Translations under genes and position numbers: made by a program
DNA from: Zootoca vivipara
Taxonomy: Eukaryota
DNA: 64,000 bases
Assembly (NCBI RefSeq): GCF_963506605.1
Contig: NC_083294.1
Location: 9,610,001 to 9,674,000, forward strand
Direction: 5' to 3'
Part shown: piece after piece, positions 47,429-59,458 of the stretch
How the letters are laid out: every line of letters starts with the position of its first letter
Position numbering within the stretch: position 1 is the stretch's first letter
The notes under the pieces: generated by a model
What the model saw: only the letters and a program-made list of their open reading frames with translations
What the model was told of the DNA's origin: nothing
Database searches by the model: none

Positions 47429-48525
47429 GATCTCCAGCTTGAGATCCACACCAGCATCTGTTCCACTGCTGAGCCTGCAACAGAGAGAAGGTTGTTGAAG
47501 ATATTTACCGTGTTACATAAAATAGTAATTGCATTGTATTTTAAGTTACTGTGAAAAATCTATGAACACATGATGAAAGCTTGTATTTTTCTGTTGCAAT
47601 ATATGCCGTGGGCTAGAATTGGGACTGAGTCATGGATATTTGGATAGAATTTCATAATGTTTGTTTAGGTTTATGAAGTAGCCCATTCAGAGTCATAGAG
47701 CTGTTGCAAGCTGGCACAGATCTTCTCTGGGTGTTGCCGAAGATGCAAGCAAGCAGGAAACAAAGCGGGACAAAGCTCCTTTATTTTTAGCTGGAAAACC
47801 TGGTTTGAGATGTTCTAGAGCCTTATACACTGGGACCAGTATATGAAAGGAGGGAAATGTATAAGTGAGACAATGTATCAATTACTGTTCTCGTAACATT
47901 TAAATCAGGTTTCTGAAGTAAAGCTTTAATACTTAATTATTGTGATGGAAATTTTTTTTCTATACAAAAGACCAGAACAGAGAGAAATATGCAAATATGA
48001 ATAATTCACTGCAAATATAACTAATTCACAAAGGTGAGGCAGGGAGATCTGTTTGTGGTTATTGACACAGCTCCATTTAATTTCATACTACGACAAAAGG
48101 CATCAAACAATCTGATAGTAAATAAATATATTGCCAATTCTTAAATATGTGTATGTCAAAACATGCATTCTTCAAATACAGTGTCACATATGGAACAAGA
48201 ATATATGCTGCATCGTCTGCATAACTAGGTGTATATGAATTGAGCTCAGTATTTAAAAAATAACTTCTAAAGCTCTATAGCAGGGGTGGAGAACCTGAAG
48301 CCCAGAGGCTGAATGCAGACCTCCAAGCCTCTCTGTTCTCCCTTAAGATTCTCACCATCTGTTTTTTTTTTTTTTTTTTTTTGCTGCTGAGCAGCAATGC
48401 CAGATGGATGCAGTTGGGAAAGCTTCTCTTGTGGCAGAGCTGGGGGTGAGTTTTTTTTAAGGGGGGGTAGGCCAGACACCCATAAAAGGTGCACTGAGGT
48501 GTGGAATTCTTGACTAGCTCCTCAG

Positions 48526-49461
48526 ATTGTCAGCTCTCCCCTGAGATTTTCCTCAGTAAGTGAACACAAATCTTACAGAGCAAGACTGTGCCCAGTTAGC
48601 CAATGGAAAGCCTATGGTCTCAATAACTATCCAGGGTTTATATTTATCCCAGATCCCTTCATTCCAGGCTGCCAGCATCACTGGGTGAAGCAGTGCCTGA
48701 AGATGTACACCCAGAAGCCTAATGCATGCAATTTGGATATGCGCTTGTCTTCTACGGAGACCACTGATCTGTGGGGGAAGAAGAGTCAGCATCAGTTGCG
48801 AAACAAAAGTTCCAGCAAATGGACCTCAAAAACTTTACTGGAAAAGCTCTGCTGGGTGATTTTGGGTTACCATTATAACTGGAATACAAATAAATATTTA
48901 GCCAACCCACTACACCCCCTTTCCACCTGACTTGGCTTTCCTCTCAGAGCAAGCGGCTAAAGCTTGTGGTTTTCCACATTTCCATGGGGAAGCAGGGATC
49001 CTGAACTACCATCACTTTGATTCATCTCTGGGGATTCATGTGGATGAGTCCAAATTGGACTGTTTTCAGCCACTTCTATCATTCAGTTTTGGACAGCCAC
49101 CCATATTTTTGGTAGGGGGGCTGAAATGAGATGAAGCCCCTGTATCCATGTTCATGCACAGTGGGGACATGATGATCATGTCCGGTCCGGCTACAGCTGC
49201 CTGCTGTACCACATATTCCCCAGGATTCTGCCCAACCTGGAGGGGAAGCTTTTGCCTTCCTGTCTGGAGCTGCCTTTCCCAGCTGACCTTCTTGAAGACT
49301 CTGTATCTGTTATGGAGCCCTGCTCTCAAGAGGACAGGCAAGTCTGTGCCAAATACCTGCAAACATCCCTTATCAACATGACTGTCAGGCAGGTGCTAGC
49401 TGAAGGTCAGAGCTTCCCAAGTGAAACCAGGACAGAGAGAGACCTGGATGTAGCAAAATAA
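48526..49461 (+). pseudogene. ALKBH1: ALKBH1 processed (retro)pseudogene, 5'-truncated
   Basis: Intronless [100 protein letters not shown]. Frameshift near 48905, TGA at 49127-49129, further frameshift(s) near 49190-49250. Confidence 0.93.
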
Positions 49462-51369
49462 AAAAGCACAAGTCTGATAAAGACAGCTGAAACCTGCACT
49501 TTCCCTTTCCTTTCAACATAGACTGTGTTGGCAATAACCCAGGAGCAGCCTGGCCATATGGAGCAGCAAATAAAACAGCAACATACTAAGTGGATGTATA
49601 ACAAAATGTTTTGAACTTTGTGGGCAAAGTACATGGCTCGGGCCAAAAGACCACTTGTGTGGTGTTTTCTCCTAAGGTCACACAACCAAAGAATGCCACT
49701 CCAGTGCTTTGGTTAACACTGTCTGAATATAATATACATTCCCTGGGGAAAGAAAAGATTATCATCATTTCACACCCACTCCCCTGCCACACACAGGGGA
49801 GACGTTCACAGTGTTGTTGAATGTCTTTGCCAGGCTCAAATGTGTGCTGGAAACTCCGGCAATGCCTCTTACTAGACTGAGTGGAGAGGAATGGGTGAGT
49901 GTGAAGATGTTAGCCTGTTATACAAAGGCAACATTTACATCAATTGCTCCACCTGCTTTTGCTTCTGGCTCTGCCCACCACTGGCATGTGGCCCCCACCA
50001 CTGGCAAGTGGCTCAGTAGGAAGTGTGGCCCTTGGGCTGGGAAGGGTTCTACACATGCCTGCTATATCAGTGCATTACTGGGTGCACATGACAAAGCCGT
50101 GTTGGTGCTGTTTCCTGACAAGGTGGACTCAAACTGTATTCCAAAAAAATGCTCTATACATTAAGCAAGCAATAAAAATAAAATGTAAAAGTATACAACA
50201 TCTAGTGCAGCACATTGCTACAGCAGGCAGAAAACAATTAGGTGGTCTGCCAAGACCCCCAGCAGTTTTCAAGTGGCCCATCGCAGGCGGTGGGGAGCTT
50301 GGAAAGCTATGTTGTAATGTAAACCGCCCTGTGGTCTTTTGATGAAGGGCATTACAGTGGTACCTCGGGTTACATATGCCTCAGGTTACAAACTCCACTA
50401 ACCTGGAAGAGTTACCTCGAGTTGAGAACTTTGCCCCAGGATGAGAACGGAAATCGTGTGCCAGTGGCGCAGCAGCAGCAAGAGGCCCCATTAATGAAAG
50501 CGTGCCTCTAGTTAAGAACAGTTTCAGGTTAAGAATGGACCTCCAGAACGAATTAAGTTTGTAACTAGAGGTACCAGCATATGTCAAGGCAATAAGAAAC
50601 TATTTTACTTTTAAAAGACAACTGAAGGTGGCCCTGTATAGGGAGGTTTTTAATGTTTGATGCTGTATTGTTTTTAATATTCGGTTGGAAGCTGTCCAGA
50701 GTGGCTGGGGAAACCCAGCCAGATGGGCGGGGTATAAATAATAATTATAATTATAATTATAACTACCTCTCTCTCCACCCCACCCCACCCCACCCCCGCC
50801 CTTCTTGGAAAAGTGTCTCAGCAGGCTTCCAAGGGCTCCAAAGCAGGGTTCACTGGAGTAGATGAAAGCAAACCTCGTGCTATAGGGAAAGGCTCTACTG
50901 GACAGTTACTTGAGGATTTCATGAAAGCAGCAAAGTAGGCCTTCTTTGTCACCATAGCAGGCACAATCATATGGTCTTACATATGTTTGGGCACTCACTC
51001 CTATAACAGATATTGTACCCCTTGCACTCCAGCTGTTTCCTAGCCTTTATCCTTGCCTGGAGCTCCCCAATAAACAAGAGAGCTGCCAGAACTCCACAGA
51101 ACCATAGAATGCACTCAGGTGCAATTGTGTCAATGGCTCACTGTGCCCTGCTATTCCATAGTACAGGTGTGAGTCTTCCTTAAAAAAAACCAGCAAGAGA
51201 GCTTTAATCTAACATTTTTAGGGAAGTAATTTGTTTCAGCATTGGTAATTTGTTCTGCAATTTATGACTTTTATACTTTTCATAAAGTTTAACTATATTA
51301 TTGTATATATTATAGCATGCACACACAAATTATATAATTAAACTCCTCCTTTAAAAACCCTATTTGGAC

Positions 51370-51739
51370 CAGTGGTGGACCATATGCCCACGCTGCCCAG
51401 GGCGGGCACACTCCCGAAAGGGGCGGGGTGCTGAGGGTGCCCTCCCAGGCGCAGGATAGCCGCTCGGGTGCATGGAGCGGCACGCATGCCCTGCATCCAG
51501 GGGCAGAGCAAGGCACCCATTCGGCGCACCGCCCACCGCAACTCCCAAGCCTCCCTCAAGGTGTCAAAACAAAGGGGGAAGGAGGGAATGCCGCTGGCAA
51601 AGTGGCGCAGCTGCCCCCTTCCCCCAACGGCTCAGGGTAGGCTTGGGAGTCGTGGTTGGGCGGCGTGCCAAATGTCACCCCCCCCTCAGCGAAGACACCC
51701 TGGGCGGTACGACTCCATCGCCCCCCTTCTTCCGCCCCG
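51370..51739. mobile_element. GC-rich hAT-type MITE
   Basis: 8-bp TSD ATTTGGAC (51362-51369 / 51740-51747); short imperfect TIRs. Confidence 0.75.
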
Positions 51740-51747
51740 ATTTGGAC

Positions 51748-53460
51748 CTGGCCATTATGGCCAATTATTGCTCAGTCTCAAATCTTCCATTTCTGGGCAA
51801 GGTGACTGAGCAGATGGTCACAGAACAACTCCAGGCACATCTGAGGGATGTGGACCATTTGGATCCCTTCCAATCAGTATTCAGGCCCCATCATGGGACT
51901 GAAACCGCCTAGTCAATTATCTCCAGCAGGCTAGGGACAAAGGTGGAAGCTGTTTCCCAGTTCTGCTGGATCTCAGCACCTTTTGATACCATCAACCTAG
52001 GCTCCTTCGTTCTGGGCCATGTCTAGAAAGTGGTGTTGGGGGGTGAGTGTTTGGACCCCTGGGCACTCACTAGTGGGGTGCCTCAGGGCTCCGTCCTCTC
52101 TCCCAAGCTTTTCAACATCTATATGAAACCACTGAGGGAAACCACATCAGGGGTTTGGACTGGGTATTTACCAATATGTGGATGGTACCCAGCTCTACCT
52201 CTCGTTTAAATCGGAACCAGTGAGGGCAGTGAACATCATGTGTGAATGACTGGATGCAGTTGGAGGATGGATGGTGGGACTGTTTCTGGGGGACATGGGA
52301 TGGGTAGGTGTGGGGGACTCCCCGGTCCTGAATGGGATAACTGTGCACAGCCTTGGGTCCTTCTGGACTTAGCTGTCCATGGGTGTAGCCAGGATTTTTG
52401 TTGGGGAGACAGGAATTAGTTAAGGGGGACGTGATTGGTCAGTTGGATTGTTTTACTTGATCTGAGGGAGTGGCTGCCCCCTGCACCCCCTTAGTTACAC
52501 CCATGTAGCTGTCCATGGAAGCTCAGGTTTATTCTGTGTCCAGGGTAGCTGTCTACCCTGGTACAATGGCTGAGACCCTACCTGCCTGCACCATGCCTCA
52601 CCAGAGTGGTACATGCTCTGGTTATCGAACTACTGCAATGTGCTCTATGTGGGGCTACCTTTGAAGGCGGCTTGGAAGCTACAATCCAGAATGCAGCAGC
52701 TAGACTGGTGACTGGGAGCAGCTGCCAGGACCATAGAACAAAAATCCTAAAGGATCTACATTGGCTCCCAGTACATTCAGACCCTCCAAGTGTCCCTATT
52801 TTCCAGGGACGTCCCTGATTTAGAGAAGCCATCCTGATTTCTGATTTGATCTTGGAATGTCCCGCTTTTCTTTAGGATGTCCCTATTTTCACTGGAGAAA
52901 TGTTGGAGGCTCTGGAGTTATCCACCCCCCCCCCAAGCTGTCTGAAGGTAATCCTGTGTTGGGAAGGTTTTTAATTTTTAATGTTTTATTATGTTTTTAT
53001 ATATGTTGGAAGCTGCCCAGAGTGCTGGGGCAACCCAATAAGATGTGTGGGGTATAAATAGTAAAATTATTGTTATGGAATGGGATGTCCTTATTTTCAT
53101 CAGAGAAATGCTGGAGCATATGTACATTTCTGAACACAATTCAAAATGTTGGTACTGACCTTTAAAGCCCTAAACAGCCTTGGCCCCATTTACCTGAAGG
53201 TGTATCTGCACCCCCATTGTTCAGCCCAGACACTGAGATACAGCTCTAAGGGCCTTCTGGTGGTTCCCTCACTGCGAGAAGTGAAGCTAAAGGCAGAGGG
53301 CCTTCTCGGTGGTGGCACCCACCCTGTGGAACACCGTCCCATCAGATGTGAAGGAGATAAAGTATTACATAACTTTTAGAAGACATCTGAAGGCAACCAC
53401 TGGTACAGGGAAGTTTTTAATGTTTGAGCTTTTACTGTGTTTTTATATATTTTGTTGGAG
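51748..53460 (+). mobile_element. L2 LINE 3' half with nested insertions
   Basis: ANYCSVSNLPFLGKV..DPFQSVFRPHHGTETA; GVPQGSVLSP; IQNAAARLVTG; LVLTFKALN. Confidence 0.85.
52378..52505. mobile_element. hAT MITE nested in L2
   Basis: TIR CATGGGTGTA / TACACCCATG; 8-bp TSD TAGCTGTC. Confidence 0.85.
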
Positions 53461-53625
53461 TAAATAATAGAAATACATTTTTTTTCTATAATCTATCTAC
53501 AGTATCATCTATCTACACACACACTCACACACGGACAGGTAGATCTTCTATGAAACTAATGAAGCTTAAGCTTCAGAGCTCCTAATCTGGGGCGGGGGGG
53601 GGCAGAAGCAACTTTAGTCCACATT

Positions 53626-53772
53626 CAGGGCCAGCCCTAAGGCAAGGCTGGGTGGCGCAATGCGCCAGGGCACCGGGCCGCCAGACAGCTGCGCTGGGAA
53701 ACACGGGGGGGGGCGCCGAAGGGATATTCACACCATGGCGCCACGGTGCCAGATATGCTTAAGACAGCCCTG
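53626..53772. mobile_element. hAT MITE
   Basis: CAGGGC...GCCCTG termini; 8-bp TSD TCCACATT. Confidence 0.8.
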
Positions 53773-54121
53773 TCCACATTGCTTTTAAAAATTGGGTCTA
53801 GTGGCATGACTCAGATAGATTAATTTTTGTTGTATATATTTGTATATATTTCAACAATCCCAAAGTTTGAGAATCAGTAGCATAGAGGTTGTAAAGGATC
53901 ACATTTATACTAAATAAGTAAGCAGATGAGACACACACAAAGACCTCAAATCTATAATAAATGCATAGTAGCAGGACATAAGCAAAATTAATTAATTAAC
54001 AAAAAATATCAGTAAAAACAGCAATTACCAGAAAAGAGAAAAGTCATCAGCCAAAAATAAAATCCTCCAAACAGCTTCAACTAACTCCTAATGTCTTCTG
54101 AAAGATCCAGGTTTATGTGCT

Positions 54122-54483
54122 TCCAGGTGGCGCTGTGGGTTAATAACCACAGAGTCTAGGGCTTGCTGATCAGAAGGTCAGCGGTTCGAATCCCTGCAAC
54201 GGGGTGAGCTGCCATTGCTTGGTCCCGGCTCCTGCCCACCTAGCAGTTCGAAAGCATGTCAAGTGCAAGTAGATAAATAGGGACCGCTCCGGCGGGAAGG
54301 TAAACGGCGTTTCCGTGCGCTGCTCTGGTTCGCCAGAAGCAGCTTTGTCATGCTGGCCACATGACCCGGAAGCTGTCTGCGGACAAACGCCGGCTCCCTT
54401 GGCCTATAGAGCGAGATGAGCGCCGCAACCCCAGAGTCGGAAACGACTGGACCTGATGGTCAGGGGCCCCTTTACCTTTACCT
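54122..54483 (+). mobile_element. Sauria SINE
   Basis: caggtggcgctgtggg...ccctttacctttacc. Confidence 0.92.
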
Positions 54484-54617
54484 AAAATGTTACTACCATT
54501 AAACGAAGCACATTTTTTATGTTTTTCAGCCACCACCAGCGGACAGAGACCATCAAGGAGTGTACAGTAATTAACACATTTAGCACAGCAAGACAAAGGT
54601 AAAATGGGACACAGTAC

Positions 54618-54680
54618 CTGCTTTTGTCTTCAGGTCACACAGGAAAGTGCTAATCATCTATTTCTCGCCTCCTTTTCACC
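54618..54680 (-). other. Putative upstream (5' UTR) exon of the GT92 gene
   Basis: 63-nt segment with acceptor ttttttatttgtag| and donor gcag|gtactg. Confidence 0.3.
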
Positions 54681-56484
54681 CTACAAATAAAAAACCAGAA
54701 AATCCCCCAGAGCAAGCATGTTTCAAAAACATTTTCTGGATCAGAAAAGTTAATGCAAAGTATCCCCAGCTCTTCCAATCTATCTCAAAAATATGTATAA
54801 GACCACCAGCCAATAGTCTGATGCCTTGTCTTGTTCATCCCAGGAGAAAAGTAGGATGTCTGATGAGAAGACCCAGAGACGCATCAGAGTATGCAAATAT
54901 TTTAGCAGGAACAGCTAGCATGACGTAAAATTTGAGTTTAGCGGAAAAACAAGCTTAACAAGTGCCTGAGGAAAGTAGATCATAATCTGCTGTTCTTTGA
55001 AGGAAAGACTGGCTGAGATTCCCCATCTGATTGCAATGTTGACCCAGAAAAAAGTGAGAGAAGAGACATCATGAATTGAATTAGAGGGGAGAGCTTTCCA
55101 TATGCAGTTCACATCCTCCTGATCTGTCCCTCTCTCCTTTTCATCTAATCCAGGTGTCCTGAGCAGCTGTTTGGAACCAGTAATGAGCTCAATTTGGGTG
55201 AATGAACTGAAGCTTGATCCAGGCAAATAAGAAGTGGTGTTAGATAATAACATATTCAAAGGATGGAAGTGGTACTCATGTTCTGGAAACCCACAGATTA
55301 AATGACTGCAACATGCCAGATTCAGGTCTGCCACTGATTCAAATTACATTTTGGGCAAGGTGCGGTTTATAAATATTATTTATAAATAAACAAGGAGGAG
55401 ACTTCAAGCCACTCAGAAGCATCCACACAGATGATAGATTGTTGACTGGGACCAGCTGAATGGGGGTCATGTTTTCAGTTCTTGGGGTTCTTCCAGATGG
55501 TCTGTTTACGGAGCATTTGTTCTGATTTGTTTGCAGGGTGTGTTAAGGATAAGGTTCTTTGTTCTTGCAAAATACAGGACAGGGTGTGGGAGAGGGGTGG
55601 GACGATTTTTATCCAACCTGGTGCTGAATGACTTTTAAGCTACACAATACAATCCACACACACACACACACACACACGTAAATCTGTACATGCAGGGGGA
55701 AATAAATAAATAAATAAATAAAGGGGCATATTCTGATGAGAGGGTGAGCTTTGTTCCACATGTTAAATTTCTGAAAAAAGAGAAAATAAAAGACAGACTT
55801 GGGGGGGGGAACACCTTGTGGGGAGCTACTTCTCTCCCATCCTCTTTTCTCAAATATTATGCAGATAACTATTATCAGAACTGGAACGTCTGGGCTACAT
55901 TGAGACAAAACCTTTTGTTTCTAGAGACTCGGACCCTGCTGCTTTCAGAGGGTCATGGCCTGATGACTGGAGAAATAATCTATTCGGTGGTGGTATCCCC
56001 ACTGATGGAACATAGGAAGCTGTCCTATCCTGAGTCCATCTAGCTTAGCTGAGTCCATCTAGCTTACACTGACTGGCAGAAGCTCTCCAGGGTTTCAGAC
56101 AGGGGGCATTATCAGCCCTCCCTAGAGATGGCAGAGATTGAAACTGGGACATTTTACATGCAAAGCACATGCTCTACTAATGGGCTATGCCTCTTCCCCA
56201 ATGGAAATGTACCTGACTTTGATTCATGTGCCCCCAGAACTTTAACCTGGGTCTTTAAGTATGGCAATAAAGGATACATTCTACTATTGATACTATTGTA
56301 GCACAATCCCTCCTCCTCTTCCAATCTTCCCCATCCAGACTGACCTAGGGGCAACCAGTCAGTTCCATTCCATGGAATTATTGTCATTGTCCCAATTTTC
56401 CAAGGACAGTCCCGGAATTACAGAAGCTTCTCATTTGATCCCAGAATGTCCTGGTTTTCCCTTTTCTCCCCCTCCATGTCTCGG

Positions 56485-56936
56485 CAGGGGCGTAGCAAGG
56501 GGGGGCGATAGGGGTGGTTTGCCCCAGGTTCCACTCTGGGGGGGGAGGGTGACAGTCAGCACCCCACCCCGTGACTCCCAAGCCGAGCTCCTCCAGCCTC
56601 CTGGTAAAAAGCCCGCTTGGCGCGCCATGCGGGCTTTTTACCTGGCGGCTGGGCTTGGGAGTAGGGGGACACTGACTGTCACCCCCCCTCCAGCTCCAGG
56701 GTGGCACCTGCCTGTCGCGCTGAGCAAGGCTTTCTACTGGGGGGGGGCTGGAGGCTCTGTTTTGAAGTTGCTGGGGGAGGGCGCAAGCCCCCTCTATGTA
56801 TCACGTACGCGCAGCTTTGTTACGTAGCGATGCATGTGTCATTACGTAGCGACACATGCACGCTACGAGCGATCCCCTCCCCCTGGTGCATGACAATTTG
56901 CCACCCCGGGTGACGCAGCATGTTCCTCCACCAGTG
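56485..56936. mobile_element. GC-rich hAT-type MITE
   Basis: CAGGGGCGTAG start; 8-bp TSD TG(T/C)CTCGG. Confidence 0.7.
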
Positions 56937-57153
56937 TGCCTCGGGGAACTATTAAAAGTGAAAGGGGGTGTGGAGGAATAGATTTATGATTATTACGGAA
57001 ATAAAATACCTGTGCCAAATTAAGGCACACAAAGTCCTTCCTACAATTTCAAAGGAAAATATCACCAATCCACTATAAATTATTTAATTGCAATGCTTCA
57101 ACTGCCAGCCATTTCTTAGGAAACATGTGACGTGTTTATTCCTTTATTGTAAA

Positions 57154-59458
57154 CTAGCTGACCCGGCCACGCGTTGCTGTGGTTCTTTCCTGTGATCCCC
57201 ACCCACCCTGTCCCGATCCATGACGTATCCTGCCCCTCCTCCCTCCACCCCGGCTCATCCCTGTGTTTTGGTAGGATACCCTTTCCTCTGTTGTCCCTGG
57301 GGAGTGTTGGCCCTCCCCCATGTATCTCCATACCTTGGCCCCCACCCTTGGAGAAGGAACTGTTAGGTTCTGGGTTTTATTTCCCAGCATGCACTTCTGT
57401 CTGAGCCCTCTGTTGTCCCTGGGGAGTGTTGGCCCCTACCCCCGGTATCTTCCTACATTGGCCCCCAGCCTTGGAGAAGGAGCTGTCAGTTTCTGGGTTC
57501 CATTTCCCAGTATTTACTTTTGTCTGAGCCCTCTGTTGTCCCCTCCCCCCTGTATCTCCATACATTGGCCCCTGTGCACGCATCGTGAGAATTTCTATAT
57601 ATTTAGATTAAGGATCGTGGGTGATGATGTGCCCTGGGAGGCAGGGAACTACTTAAAAAATCCCGAGGGGGGGTGTCAAATAGCGAAGCCTCATAGCCCC
57701 ATAGCAACAGACAGGCCCAGACAGATGGAGGGGGGTCATATGGGCCACTTGGTGCGGGCCTCCAAATCTAAAGGGGGTCTCGGTCTGCATATTCACAACC
57801 AGTAAAATGGAAAAAGTAACAAAAGGGTTAAAAACAGGGCCACATTATCTTATCTACCTGGCCCAGGCCTCTGTCTAGCCCTGCAAGGGTCTGGCAGCAG
57901 AAGGCGCGTTCTGAAGTACCTGAGTTGTTCAGTTCCATAAAAAACCCAGGAAGTGGCAAGGGGAAGATAGGGGAATGTAAATGGGGGGGGGAGTGGCCAC
58001 TGGAAATATCCAAGGACTTAAACTGGGGAGAGAAAGTGCATGGTTGTTGGGTTTTTTTTAAAGACACAGAGGCTTACAATCAGTTGTTTCTCCTAAAATA
58101 AGACATACCCATAAAATAAGCCATAGCAGGATTTTTAAGCATTTGCGCAATATAAGCCATACCCCAAAAACAAGACATAGTGATAGGCGCAGTTCTCGAG
58201 GGCCCCAAGGAAGAGGCAAGGCTGGAAGCGTAATACAAAATAAGACATCCCATGAAAATAAGCCAATGTGGGTTTTTTTTTTTTAAGGAATAATAAATAT
58301 AAGACAGTTTCTTATTTTCGGAGAAACACGGTAAAGCCTAGGTTAAAAGAGGCACGACTGCCCTTACTTAAAATGGCCGCCGTAGCCTCGCATATGACAC
58401 AACGGTCACTAAATTATAAAGCGAAAACCCCTCGCTGTGCCCCCAAGTGCGTGTTAGGAGAAATGATGAACGACTGCCTAATGCTGTCAGGCGTTTATTA
58501 ATGCAGCCGCCAGGACAGGCTTTGGTTGGGCTTGGGGTGGAATGGCTGTTTTAGTGGCTGTTGGACAGTTGCTCCCCCACCCTACGTCAGCCCATGACCT
58601 ATTTGGGCTCCTCCTCCCCCCCCCACCTCCCACCCAGGGCTGCTTTCGGGATAGTATTTAAAGGGTTATAGAGCTGAGGCCTAGTCTGTAAAATGGAGCC
58701 TAGGCCTAGTCTTTAGGCTGTAAAGTAGAAGCGAGGCCTTGGCTTGGGCTAATATTTAAATGTGACCCGAGGCCTCCGCCCTGTATCTCCATTCCTTGGC
58801 CCTGGCCTGACTGTGGGTTGACTGGTAATAGACCCCCTTCAGATCCCCCTGAGCCTCAGAGTCCCCCTGTTTTACAGGATCTTGTGGCGGAGGCGGGGTT
58901 TGTGGGTGTGTTGCATTGTTGTGGCTAATCCCTGTGACTGGCCCCACGTGTCCTGATCCATGATCTATTCTGTTTCTCCCCCCCCTCCGTGACCAGCGTA
59001 TCTCATGACGTTTTGAAGGTTGGTATTTATTTGCTAAATTGTAAAGTAAAAACCCCTTGCCGTGCCCCCAAGTGCGTTGCTGTGGGTTATCCACCACCCC
59101 CCGGGCCTAGTGGGGGCCTACATAAACAGAGGCCGTGCTGCGACCTGTGATAATGGCTGCCTTGCTGATTTCAGTTGCTTGGTTGATGATGATGTCATTT
59201 GGTTTGTGGGTGTGGCTTATATTTCACAGGAAGGGAGGGGGTGGAGGAGGATATTACGCCACTTGAGGGCGCTGTTTTAGTTGGTGGAAAAGCAGGTCTG
59301 TACCTGCGCAGGTGTGCGATTGGAGGTTTTTTTGCCCCCAACAACGCTCTGGGAGTGGCCTGGATCGTTGTGTCAAAATTTCAGGACGATCGGTCAAGCG
59401 GTTACGGAGAAAAGTGTCAAACGCAGTTTCACGATTTTTACATTTTTATATATATAGA
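57154..59458 (-). mobile_element. Non-autonomous Helitron (2305 bp)
   Basis: Minus strand begins A|TCTATATATATAAAAATG and ends CACAGCAACGCGTGGCCGGGTCAGCTAG|T: TC and CTAG termini, GC-rich subterminal hairpin-like motif, A-T target, no TSD. Confidence 0.85.
58081..58332. mobile_element. Tc1/pogo-type MITE nested in the Helitron
   Basis: TGTTTCTCCTAAAATAAGAC ... TCTTATTTTCGGAGAAACAC inverted ends; internal AAAATAAG(A/C)C repeats. Confidence 0.65.

Noticed and set aside
47429-47449. GT92 start at 47449 as in the ORF track
   Set aside because: The codon is GTG; the first in-frame ATG is at 47428.
48526-49461. Functional ALKBH1 gene
   Set aside because: No start codon or exon 1; frameshifts, a nonsense codon and loss of a catalytic Arg.
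54915-55334. 139-aa minus-strand ORF upstream of GT92
   Set aside because: Non-ATG start and no recognisable motifs.
57285-57575. CRISPR-like repeat array
   Set aside because: Eukaryotic DNA; ~122-bp whole-unit tandem duplications without unique spacers, inside a Helitron.
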